64,000 bases of DNA from NCBI RefSeq assembly GCF_009914755.1, contig NC_060947.1. One strand, written 5' to 3'. The notes under the pieces were generated by a model that did no database searches, had not been told where the DNA came from, and saw only the letters and a program-made list of their open reading frames with translations. The DNA is from the human T2T-CHM13v2.0 reference genome, Homo sapiens. Shown one piece after another: positions 27,342 to 40,279 of this stretch; positions within the stretch are counted from its first letter, which is position 1; the number at the start of each line of letters is the position of its first letter. The position numbers were made by a program, and so were the translations under genes.

Positions 27342-30300
27342 TTCAAGATGGTTGATTAAAAAAATTTATATCATATCTCTCCCACTTGGAAGGACAAAAT
27401 AGTGTATAACAAATCACATTGTGAACTTTTCCTCAAGAAGTAACGCAGGAACTGAATAAGAAAACTGAAGGAAAACACAGACCCTTTGAAAGAAGCAGGA
27501 GTCTACAGCATGCACTGTGACTCAGTCGAAGGGCTGTGAGTCCCCGGAGTGTGAGAGGGAAAGAATTCACCCCCAGGATACACAACCCTACTGCGGAGCC
27601 TAAAAGTCCAGGCCACCAGGGAAGGTACTAACCCCATCGAGCACAAGAACAAACTTGGGGAGGGTTGTGAAATATAAAAGTAGGAGCAGTTAAAGAAAGA
27701 CCCTTCCATGCATTCTCAGATTTTGGCACAAACTGAGGACAGTCTTTCCTTACTGTCCCTCATAGGAGACCGTGCAGAGGGCAACCGAAAAGTTCAGGCA
27801 GTATCCCAGGTTTAAAGAAACTCCCAATGGAGTTTTACAATATAACCTCAGGTGGGGTCAAACTCCTTTCACCAGAGCTGGGGTTGGGAAGAATGTGGGA
27901 GTTCCAAATGCAAGAGCTCAGGTACAAAAGCCAGGTGCAAGCTTTGCAGGTGACATGGAGGTGCGTGGCCTGAAAGCTGTGGTTTCTAGCTCTGCAGGGA
28001 AAGTTGGCAGTTTCAAATTCAGATTATAGGCTAACTGGAACTCAGCTCGCTGCTGCCAGTAGAACATTGTGGAGTGGATCTGCCTCTCCAAGTGTGTGAG
28101 AACTGTGTGGGGCTTACCACCACCTGCTACTCCCCACTTCCTACACCAACTCTACTGTGCAGCAGAGGCAGTGATGCTTTCCTCTGGAACATCAACCAAG
28201 TATCCTGAAACCTACTTCAATCCCCCAGTACCCACAGGGGCTACTGCTTGCCCTGTATTTGGAGACTCAGAACACAAACACACCTGACCTAGCTCTGACT
28301 TGGCTTTGCCCTGCCACCCACCTTGGTAGCTTAACACAAAAGGCAGAATCTCTTGGGAGCTATATAGCCCTGCCCATTGCCTGAGAAAAAGAGTAACCTC
28401 CATCCTGCCAGACAACATAAGGAGAACAAACATCTCACTGCTACCACTGAAGCTGGTTCTCTTTTCCAAGCACCACCTCCTGGCTAAAGGCCAACCAGCA
28501 TAATTTATTACAGTATCTCCTGATAGAATAACACTGCACCCAGAACGGAGAAAATGGCTGTGTGATCTCAGCTATCACCACTGCCTGCACCACTCTGGCT
28601 AGCCAGGAGGTTCTGAATATGTCCAAGTGACCGGTTCCTTATTACTATAACCAACCTTCAAGAAAGCCAACACACTGTGGCTATCAATAACCGAGGAAAT
28701 TCACAGAGTCTGTGTCACTCCCTTGCCACCCCCCCACCCATAAGAGCTGCTACCCACTGCTGGAAAACTTGTGCAGAGATCACATCATTGGATCCCTTGC
28801 AGGCATTCCAGAATACCAGCCTGGAGTGTGGCAACTTCACTGGGCACCTGACCCAGAGGAGCAACAACACTCACAGTAGTCTGGCTCCCAGCGACTCTCA
28901 AGCCTAGGGGAAGGGGGAGTGCACTACATCAAGAGAACATCCTGAAAGACAAAAGAATCTGGATGGCAGGCCTTGAGTGCCAGATTCTTCTGATGGTAAG
29001 AAGCTTCTTTCTGCAGAGGCACACAGGTACAGTGCTGGGCTTAGCAGGGTAAGTCTTCAGCCCAGTCCCTCAAGTCAGCCATCCCTGGTATACATTAAGG
29101 GTTTTGAAGAAGATGAAGTCTTTCCCCCCTTATCACTGTAGGCACAGTTGGGGCTTCTCCCGTGGAAGCCTGGCATGGGTGCAACTATAAACAGCCTTTC
29201 TGGAACACGTCAGGGTGACTGCATCCTCACAGGAGGAGCTCCCTCTAGGCTCAGGCTTCGATGAGGTGCAGAGTCACAATTCCTTTGTATTTGTAACATC
29301 AACATTCCTACAGATGAAAAGTGGTGCCTGTATAATCTGAGTAGCCAAAGCACGGCAACAGCAGTGTGTCTGAGAGACAGATAACTTTCCTGCTAACCTG
29401 GCAGGGGAGCTGACATGGCTCCAACCCTTCTCCTTGATAAAACCTTTGTACAACTCACTGAGAGCTCCTTCAGCCACCTCTGTCAAGGCCAGAACCTCAT
29501 TAACCCACTTGCTTTAGCTACAACTGGTTCAGGCCAGGGACAACTCCCCTACTGGCCTGAAGCCTAAACCATCAAACTAGTAAATAAATTAGTTAAATAT
29601 AACAAATTTATATATAGCTAGTTAAATGGGAAAAATAGTTAAATGAAAATTATACACCATGGGGGAAATAAATACATAAAAAGTACACATCATGAGGACC
29701 TCTACCATTCCAACTCCATAGGAAATAGTGAACTTGCTTATGCACCAAACACATTGCTACTAAAGCCAGCATATGTGAGAGCCAACATACAAAGATTTTC
29801 TATAATGATGAAACTCTTACAGACTCTTCTTCAGTGAAAAAACCAAGAACCACATTAGACTATAATTATCTACAAGCATTACAATCTCATTCTTAAAGAA
29901 AAAAATTTAAAAACAAACAAAATAAGCACAGTAAAATAAAACATACATTCAAGAATAATTAGAAGAAATAGTCTATCCACATGAGAAGAAACCAGAAAAA
30001 TAACTCTGGTAAAATGACAAAACAGAGTGCTATAACTCCCACAAAAAATTACACTAGCTCTCCAGCAATGGACTCAAACCAAGAGGAAATCTTTGAAATA
30101 TCAGATAAGAAATTCAGAAGGTAAATTATGAAGCTACTACAGGAGATATCAGAGAAAGATGAAAACTATCATAAAGAATTTTAAAAAGTAATTCAGGGTA
30201 TAAATGAAAAATTTTCTGGAAAGATAGATATCATTGAGAAAATTCAATAAAAACTTCTGGAAATAAAAGATACACTGAGGACACACTAAGTCCACTGTTA

Positions 30301-33300
30301 AAATGGATTTAGCCATACACTGAGGGAACTACAAAATGCAGTGGAAAGTTTTAAAAAATATACTAGAACAAGTAGAAGAAAGAAATTTAGAGCTTGAAGA
30401 AAAGGTTTTGAAATAACCTAATCAAACAAATATGACAAAAAATAAAAAGAAATGAACAAAATCACCAAGAAATATGGGATTATGTAAAATGGACAAACCT
30501 AAGAATTATTAGCATTCATGAGGGAGAAGAGAAAATAATAGGTCTGAAAAACTTATTTGAAGAAATAATTGAAAAAAAAAAAGTCCCTGTCCTGGATAAA
30601 GAATTACATATCCAAGTACAAAAATTTCAAAGAATTCCCAAAAAAAGTATTGCAGAAAGATTTTCTCCAAGGCATATAGTCATCAGGCTTTCTAAAGTCA
30701 ACATGACAGAAATAATACTAAGAGCAGTAAGATAAAAGCATCAGGTAACCTACAAAGGAAACCCCATCAGATGTCAGCAGACTTCGCAGCAGAAATCTTA
30801 CAAGCCAGAAGGCATTAGGGTCTTATCCTCAACTTCCTCAAATAGAACAATTATCAGCCAATAATTTTGTATCCTGTAAAACTAAGTTTCATAAATGAAG
30901 GAGAAATAAATTCACTTTGAGAAAACAAATGCTGAGGGAACTTGTCACTACCAAACCAGAACTACAAAAAATGCTTTAAAAAAGTTCTAAACCTTGAAAC
31001 AATAGCACGTTATGCTATAAAATAGAATACCTTGAAGGCTTAAAACTCTCAGGACCTATAAAATAACACAATAAAATAACTAGGTAGCAATTAACATGAT
31101 GAAGAGAACAGCATCTCACATCTCAATATTAACATTGAATGTAAATGGCCTAAATGCTCCACAGAATGCCATCATAATAAAAAAATTAAAATCCAAATAT
31201 CTACTACCTTCAAGAGACTCACCTCATATGAAAGGATTTATATAAACTCAAGGAAAAAGGGTGAAAAAAGATTCCATGCAAATGGAAACCAAAAGCAAAC
31301 ATGAGTAGCTACTCTTATATCAGACAGAACAGACTTCAAAGCAACAACAATGAAAAAGACAGATATGGTTACTATATATGATAAAAGGAACAATTCAGCA
31401 AGAGGATACTGCATTTTTAAATTTAGATGCACCAAAACTGGAACTCCTAGATTCATAAAACAATTACTACTAGACCTAAGACATGAAATAGACAGCAAAA
31501 CAATAATAGTGAAACTCAATACACCACTGAAAGCACTAGACAGATGTTTGAAAAAGTCAAGAGAGAAATAATGAACTTAAATGACATGCTAGAATTAATG
31601 GACTTATCAGATATTTACAGAACATTCTTCTCAACAACTGCAGAATATACATTCTTCTTATCAGTACATGGAACATTCTCCCAGATAGACAATATAATAG
31701 ACCATGAAACAAGTCTTAATAACTTAAAAAAATCAATATCATATCAAGCATCTTCTCAGACCACAGCAGAATAAAACTAGAAATCAACTCCAAAAGGAAC
31801 TCTCAAAACTATACAAATTCATAGAAATTAAATAATCTGGTCCTGAATAATATCTGGGTTAACAATAAAATTGTAATGAAAATTTAAAAAAAAATTTTGA
31901 ATTGAATAATAATGACAGTTGTTATCAAAACCTCTGGGATACAGCAAAATAATTACTAAGAGAGAAGTTTATAGCACTAAATGCCTACATCAAAAAGTCT
32001 GAAAAAGCACAAATTGAAACCTAATGTCATACTTCAAGGAACTATATAAACAAGAACAAACTAGACTTAAAACTAGAATAAGGAAAGAAATAAAGATCAG
32101 AACAGAACTAAATAAAATTCAAACAAAAATTGCAAAAGATCGATAAAACGAAAATCTGGTTCTTTGAAAAAATAAACAAAATTGGTAGACTATTAGCTAG
32201 ATTAACCAAGAAGAGAGAAGATGCAAATAAGCTAAATTAGAAATAAAACTGAAGACATTAAAACTCACACCACAGAAAGACAAAGGATCGTTCAAGACTA
32301 CTATGAACACCTTTATGCAAACAAACTAGTAAATCTAGCATATATACACCATGGAATACTATACAGCCATAAAAATAATGAGTTCATGTCCTTTGCAGGG
32401 ACATGGATGAGGCTGGAAGCCATCATTCTCAGCAAACTAACACAGGAAGAGAAAGCCAAACACCATATAATCTCGCTCATAAGTGGGAGTTGAACACTGA
32501 GAACACATGGACACAGGGAGAAGAACATCACACACCAGGGCCTGTTGGGGGTTGGCGGTCAAGGGGAGGGAGAGCATTAGGACAAATACCTAAAGCATGT
32601 GGGGCTTAAAACCTACATGATGGATTGATAGGTGCAGCAAACCACCATGGCACATGTATACCTATGTAACAAACCTGCACATTCAGCACTTATATCCCAG
32701 AACCTAAAATAAAATTTATAAAGATGAATACATTCCTGGATTAAATTAGGAAGAAATAGAAACCTTGAACAGACCAATAACAAGCATTGAGATCGAATCA
32801 GTAATTTAAAATTGCCAACAACCAAAAGGCCCAGGACTGGATAAATTCATGGTGGCATTCCACCAGACATTCAAAGATGTCTTGGCACCAAACCTCCTGA
32901 AAGTATTCCTAAAGATTGAGAAAGAAGGAATCCTTCCTAAATTATTCCATGAAGGTAGTATCACTCTGATACCAAACCAGAAAAGGACACAACAAAAAAG
33001 AAAACTACAGACCAATTTTCCTGGTGAACATAGGTGCAAAAATCTTCAACAAAATACTAGCCAATTGAATTCAATAGCACATCAAAAAGATAATTCATTA
33101 TGATCAAGTGGGTTTTATCCCTAGGATGTACGGATGTTTTAATGTGTTCAAGTAATAAATGTGATACAAACATATAAACAGGAGTAAAACCAAAAACCAT
33201 ATGATCATCTCAATAGATGCAGAAAAGCATTCAACAAAACCCAGCACCCCTTTATAATAAAATCTCTCAAGTAACTAGGATAGAAGAGACCTACATGAAA

Positions 33301-35486
33301 GTAATAAAAGCCATATATGACAAACCCACAATCAACATTATACTGAATGGGGAAAAGTTGAAAGCATTCCCCCTGACAATAGGAACAAGGCAAAGATGTC
33401 CACTTTCTCCACACCTATTCAACATAGTTTGGGAAGTACAATAAGCCAGACCAATTAGGCAAGCAATAAAAAATTAACGGCATCAAAATTGGAAGAGAGG
33501 AAGTCAAACCATTACTATTTGCAGATAATATGATTGCATACCTAGAAAATCCTAAATACTCCTGCAAAAGACTCTTATATTTGATAAACAAACTCAGTAG
33601 TTTCCGGTTACAAAATCAATGTAAACAAATTAGTAACACTGCTATATACCAACAAAGACCAAGCTGAGAAACAACCCAAGAATTCAATCCCCTTTACAAC
33701 AGCTGCACAAAAATAAAATACCTAGCAATATACATAACCAAAGAAGTAGAAGATTTCTAAAAGGAGAACTACAAAACACTGCTGAAAGAAATCACAGATG
33801 ACACAAACAAATGAAAACACAGCCCATGTTCATGGATTGGAAGAATCAATATTGTGAAAATGATCACACTGCCCAAAACAATCTCCAGATTCAATGTAAT
33901 TGCCATCAAAATACCGTCATTTTTCAGATAATTAGAAAGGAAATTCCTAAAATTCGTATGGAACTAAAAAAGAGCCCAGATAGCCAAAGCAATCTTAAGC
34001 AAAAAGAACAAATCTGGAGGCATGACATTACCCCACTTTAAAGTATACAACAAGGCTATAGTTACCAAAACAACATGGTACTAGTATAAAAGTAGGCACA
34101 TAGAGCAATGGAACAGAATAGAGAACCCAGAAATAAAGCTGAATATATGCAGACAACTGATCTTTAACAAAGTAAACAAAAACATAAATTGGGGAATGGA
34201 CACCCTATTTAATAAATGGTGCTGGGAAAACTGGCAAGCCACATGTAGAAGAATGAAACTGAATCCTTATCTCTCACCATATAAAAAACCAGCTCAAGAT
34301 GGATCAAATACTTTAATATAAGACCTGAAACTAAAAAAACTCTAGAAATGAAGGTTGAAAAACCTCTTCTAGACATCAGCCTAGGCAAATAATTCATAAC
34401 TTAGACCCTAAAAGCAAATGCAACACAAACAAAAATAAATGAATGAGACCTAATTAAACTAAAAAGCTTCTTTCTGCGCAGTAAAAGAAGTAATCAACAG
34501 AGTAAACAGACAACCTGCAGAATGGAAGAAAATTTTTGCAAACTATGCATCTGACAAAGGACTAGTATCCAGAATCTGCAAAAATTTAAACAAATCACCA
34601 AGAAAAAAAAATAATCCCATTAAAAAAGTGGTCAAAGGACATAAACAGACATTTATCAAAAGAAGGTATACAAATGCCCAACAAACCTATGAAAAAATGC
34701 TACTAATCATCAGAGAAATGCAAATTAAAACTACAATGAGACAGATACCACCTTACTCCTGCAAGAATTACCATTATTAAAAAGTCAAAAAACAATAGAT
34801 GTTGGTGTGGATGTGGGGAGAAGGGAATGCTTATACACTGCTTGTGGGAATGTAAATTAGTACAGCCTGTATGGAAAACAGTATGGAGATTCCTTAAAGA
34901 GCTGAAAGTATATCTACCATCCAACCCAGCAATCCCAATACTGGGAATCCACCCTACAGAAAATAAGATTATTATATGAAAAAGACACAGGCAAACATAT
35001 GTTTATAGCAGTACAATTTATAATTGCAAAGATGTGGAACCAACCTTAGTGTCCATCAACAAATGAATGAAAAAAGAAAATGTGGCATATATGCACCATA
35101 TACTACTACTCAGCCATTAAAAGGAATGACATAATGTCCTTTGTAGCAACTTGAATGGAGCTAAAGGTGATTGTTCTAAGTGAAGTAACACAGGAGTAGA
35201 AAATCAAAAAGTATTTGTTCTCACTTATAAGTGGAGGTAAGCTATAAGTATTCAAATGCATACAGAATGATATAATGAATTTTGGAGACCTAGAAGTGGG
35301 GAAAGGTGTAAAGGGGACTAGGGGCAAAAAAAAACTACATATTAGATACTTGGGTGAAGGATACACTACAATGTCAGAATTCACCACTATATAATTCATT
35401 CATGTAACAAAAAGCCACTTGCACCCCAAAAGTTATTGAAATAAAAACCAGAAAGTAGAAAAATAAAAAATAAATACAATTGTTAA
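27342..35486 (+). mobile_element. Near-full-length L1PB (long 5'UTR; ORF1 from about 29981; ORF2 from about 31096; 3'UTR), both ORFs dead
   Basis: Starts TTCAAGATGG. ORF fragments GTPRFIKQLLLDL, DLSDIYRTF..AEYTFF and [19 protein letters not shown]1PB-type 3' end GAATTCACCACTATATAATTCATTCATGTAACAAAAGCCACTTG. TSD AAAAGCCTATAT (27288-27299 and 35487-35498). Confidence 0.92.
32339..32715 (+). mobile_element. Short L1PA (about PA8-10) 3' end nested in L1PB ORF2
   Basis: CACCATGGAATACTAT...GGGGCTTAAAACCTACATGATGGATTGATAGGTGCAGCAAACCACCATGG...CCCAGAACCTAAAATAAAA. Host ORF2 resumes afterwards. Confidence 0.9.
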
Positions 35487-36205
35487 AAAAGCCTATATGG
35501 CAGATAATTATTCTTGCTGAATTTATGCAAATATTTAGGCAAAGCATAATATGACCAACACTTATTTTACAAGTAAATCTGTTCCATGATATGTCTTTAG
35601 TGAAAACGGGGCTCAAAGAGAGAAAAATTATATTTCAAAATAAAAAATAGTAACACCTATCAGATTTTATTCTTGCCCTTTTTTATTTTTGTTATTTTCT
35701 ACAGTTTAGACTGAATTCTAAAATTTTCCTGTCTATGTCTCCAAAAATAATGTTTTCAATTTTTTCCTTCTTTCCTTTATTTCCACCATTTTTTTATTTA
35801 AAATAACAAAAAAATAAATTGTACTTTCATAGCATTCTGTGAACTGAAACTAGACTACTTAAACTTCAGAAGAAAATAACAGCAACCTATTAACATAGAC
35901 AAACCACCTTCCTACCTTCCTACTAATGTATAAACTTCAGAGTAATATGGCCTATATTGATTTTTTGAGGTTGTTCAAGGTGTTGTTCAAACAACATCTT
36001 TGTTTGTTTGTTAGGATTTTTCTCTTCCTTTCTCTATTTTCTCTTTGTAGGATGTGAGACTTCACAACTTGTGAAAAAAATGAGCTTTCCTAATAATATG
36101 GGACCTATTCCTCTAGGAATAAAGCATCCTAGCCATGAGAGATCAGAAAAATCCTGAGACCAGAGAATCACTTTTTTTTCTAAAAATTTTTCTCTGAAAG
36201 ATTTT

Positions 36206-36224
36206 AAGAAAAAAAGAGAGGGAA
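36206..36224 (+). other. Polypurine tract of the MER4 provirus
   Basis: AAGAAAAAAAGAGAGGGAA lies immediately before the TGTGAAAG of the 3' LTR. Confidence 0.85.
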
Positions 36225-36948
36225 TGTGAAAGAAAAATAATTCTCAGGACCCCTAAATCACTAAGCCAAAGGGAAAAGTCAAGCTTGGAACTGTGTTAGG
36301 CAAATATCCCTCCCATTTTATTCCTAAATAAGATAGCTGCAAACATTTTAAAAAGCTACATAACTCCTTCACTGTCCACAAGGGAGTTTTTGTGGGCCTC
36401 AAGATCTTTACCCGAAAACAGTTTTGTTGAATTTCACCCTGGCAATGTAGATTGTTAGCTTATCTTCACAGGTGCAGAACAAAGGACAGACAGAACTCAG
36501 TCACCCCTCTGCTTACCTGAGACAAAGGCGTATCTGATTGCTTCCTCTGCACTGCTATTTATGTAAAAATACAACAGATTCATTAAGCCAATCTAAGGCC
36601 TAAGTGACTATTCCTCTACCCCCATCACATGTAAATGTAAATTGTGTTTTCAATAAGTGTCTCATTACAGACCCAAAGAATAGAACCCTTTGTCTCATAT
36701 CTACCTATGACCTGAAAGGCCCCTGCTTTGAGTTGTCCTGCATTTCCAGACTGAACCAATGTACATCTTACAGATATTGATTGATATTTCATGTCTACCT
36801 AAAATGTATATAACCAAGCTGTGCTCTGACCACCTTGGGCACATGTCATCAGGACTTCCTAAGGCTGTCTCATGGGTGCATCCTTGATCTTGGCAAAATA
36901 AACTTTCTAAATTGACTGAGACTTGTCTTAGATACTTTTACATTCACA
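36225..36948 (+). mobile_element. 3' LTR (MER4A-like)
   Basis: TGTGAAAGAAAAATAA...AATAAACTTTCTAAATTGACTGAGAC...TTCACA; homologous to the LTR at 18224. Confidence 0.92.
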
Positions 36949-39850
36949 TATGCATGTCCTGGTGCTGTGCTGGTCTCAGTGGCAGTGAGTTCCTGATGTG
37001 ATCCCACACTGCATCAGCAACCATGAGGTTGTCCACATCACCACTCCCCCAAGCACAGGCAGCACAACACGGAGAGAGACACCATTTGCTTGAGAAAGAA
37101 TAAGAAGGTGAATGTGGGACTTTGCCTTGTAACCCAGTACTGGGCCTGCCACAGTGAAACCTATCACTGGGCAGAACCTCATATCTCACTAGGATGGTAC
37201 CTGTGAGCAGACCCTCTAGATCTACTCCAGCACCAGAAAGAAACCCATAGCTTTAACAAGATGCACTAAGGATCCATTTCATCACCAGCTGACTACAACA
37301 AACTTGAGCCTAGCATAAACCCCAGCAGTGGGAAGACTGTAGCAGTTACAGGCCTTGGGCATACCCCAGTGCTCCACTGGTCTTGGCAGCTGGGGGCTTT
37401 AGAGGAAATTTAGTGCTGTGTCTACCTTGATAGCCAAAGGAGTCTAACTGTGGCTCTCCTGGGTTTATGGGGCCCCTTAACACCTCAACAGCTAAAGTGG
37501 TAATGGGCTTACAGACCTAACCAGTAAACTTCACTGAATCTCTGGACAGGCTTACTGCTGAAGGATGTTCCCAAACAAAGACGGACTGCACAGACTAAAT
37601 TAGGTATCTGAAACAATTTGCAGACATGAATGCATGGCCACAATAATTAAGATCAATCAGGAGAACATGACATCCCCAAACAGAGAAGATGCCAGTGACT
37701 GACACTAAAAAGAAGACAATGAAAGAACAGTTTGAAATAGAATTCAAAATAGCTGTTTTAAGAAAGCTCAGCTAACATTAATAAAATACAGAGAAACAAT
37801 TGAGAAATTTATGAGAAAAATATAACAGAGATTGAAATAATAAAAAATCAAACAAATTCTGGAGCTGAAAAATACCATAAATTTAAATGTAAATGCCATA
37901 GAGAGCAACAACAGCAGAACTGATTAATCAGAAAAAAGAATCTGTGAACTCAAAGACAGGCTTATTGAAAATATACAGTCAGATTAAAAGAAATAATTAA
38001 AAGAAATAAAGAAAGCTTGAGGAATTAGTGGAACAAAATCAAAGAATCAAGTAAATGGGTCACTATGCTTAAGAAGTAGAGAAAGGCAAAAGGGTACATA
38101 GCATATTTGAAGAAATAATAACAGAAAAATTTTAAAACCTGTAGAAATACATAAATATCTAGGTACAGAAAGGTTTAAAGTCTCCAATCAGATTTAATTT
38201 TAATAAGACTACTTGCAACATATTATAATCAAAATGCCAAATATCAAAGACAAAGAAAGGATCCTAAAATCAGCAAGAGAAAAGGAGCAAATAACACAAA
38301 AGAGAGTCCCATCATGCCTAGCAGAAGACTTCTCAGCAGAGTCCATTTTCTCCCCAAGAGGGAGTGGGATAATATATTCAAAGTGGTAACAACAACAACA
38401 ATCCTGTCAAGTAGTAACGCTATACCCAGCAAAATTTTTTTTCAGAAAAAAGCAAACATACTTTTCCACACAAACAAAAGTCAAAGTAATTTAATACCAC
38501 CGACTGTCTTAGAAGAAATTCTAAATGGTGTTTATCAAGATAAAAGTAGAGGACACTAACGTGCAGCACAAAAATATCAGAAAGTATATAACTGGTACAT
38601 CATCAAATTCTGAATACTCTAAAACAATAATTATGACAACAACTTGTTAATGAAGGTTTGATATAAAAATTTAAATTGTGACCTAAAAAGTTCAAACTGG
38701 GGGGAGTGGTGTTAAAGTGGAGTTTTTCTCCTTTATTTTGTTACCAAAGTTTAGGTTTTTCGTTTAAAATAAACTGTTATAACTAATAAGATGCTTTTGG
38801 TAAGCCGTGGTGAACACAAAGTGAAAATGTATAAGAGATACACTAAAAATAAAAAGCAAGAAATCAAAGCATACTGCTAGGAAAATGACTTAACCACAAA
38901 GAAAGCCATTAATCGAGAAAAAAGGCAACAAAGGTTCTACAAAACAACTAGAAAACAATCACAAAAATGGTAGTAATAAGTCCACATGTATCAATAATTA
39001 ATTTGAATGCAAATGGTTTGAATTATTCAATCAAAAGATGTAGGGTAATTGAATCAATAAAAGACAAGGTACAACTATATGCTGCCTATAAGAGACTATC
39101 TTCACCTGTAAGGACACCCATAGAATAAAAGTAAACAGATGAATAAAGGTATTCTATGCAAATGAAAATCAAAAAAGAGCAGGTTTAGCTCTACTTATGT
39201 CAGATAAAATATATCTTAAATCAAGGGCTGTAAAAGAGACGAAAAATTTATTATGTAATCAAATGGGTCAATTCAGCAAGAAGTTATGATAATCATAGAT
39301 ATACACACACCTAATATTGGAGCACCTAAATGTATAAAACAAATATTAATAGATCTAAAAGGAGAGAGACACTGCAATACAACAATAGTAGGGAACTTCA
39401 ACACCCCACCTTCATCAGTGGGCAGATCATCTACACAGAAAATCAAAATGAATCAAGGGAATTAAACTGCAATATAGACCAAATGAATTTGACATATCCA
39501 GAACATTCCATTGAAAAGATGATGAATACACATTATTCTCAACTGCACATGAAACATTTTGCAGGACAGCTTATATGTTATACCACAAAACCAGTCTTAA
39601 AAAATTTATGATAAAAATAAATCGAGTATTTTTTATCACAGTGGTATAAAACTAAACAGGAGAAACAGCAGAAACTATGAATACATAAAAATTAAACAAC
39701 ATGCCAATAAACAAACAGTGGGTCAATGTAGAAATTTTAAAATAACTTTTAAAATTGTTGAGACAAATGAAAAGGAAAGCACAACATACTAAATTAGATA
39801 AGACACAGTAAAAGCAGTTCTAAGAGGAAAGTTTATAGCAATAAACATTC
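36949..39850 (+). mobile_element. Continuation of the old L1M (rest of 5'UTR, ORF1 remnant about 37650-38560, spacer, ORF2 endonuclease from about 38967)
   Basis: ORF1-like AAAGACAAAGAAAGGATCCTAAAA..AGACTTCTCAGCAGA (REWDNIFKV). ORF2 start region AAAATGGTAGTAATAAGTCC..TTGAATGCAAATGG. GGGAACTTCAACACCCCAC is a GDFNTP remnant. Confidence 0.85.
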
Positions 39851-40270
39851 GGAAGTTTTGATTACTGATTTGATCTCCTTACTTGTTAATTAGTCTGCTC
39901 AGATTTTATTTCTTTGAGGTTTAATCTTGGTAAGTGGTATGCTTCTGGGAATTTATCCATGTCTTCTAAATTTTCCAACTTTTAATGTATAATTATTTAT
40001 ACATTACCCTGTTATAATTCTTTGCATTTCTGTGGTATGAGCTGTAATGTCTCCTCCTTCACTTTAATTTTATTTGAGTCTTCCCTCTTTTTCAAATTCC
40101 AGCTTAAGGTTCATCAATTTTATCTTTTCAAAAAGCCAACTTATAGTTTTGTTTTTCCTTTTCTATTTTTTTTCTAGCTTCTCTTTCATTTGTTTCTGCT
40201 CTATTCTTTGTTATATTCTTTCTTCTAGTACCTGTGGGCTTAGTTTTATTTTATTTTATTTTATTTTCTT
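39851..40270 (-). mobile_element. Inverted L1M ORF2 linker segment
   Basis: Antisense L1 (GGGAATTTATCCATGTCTTCTAAATTTTCCAA) abutting the plus-strand EN segment. Confidence 0.75.
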
Positions 40271-40279
40271 GCTGGTCCG

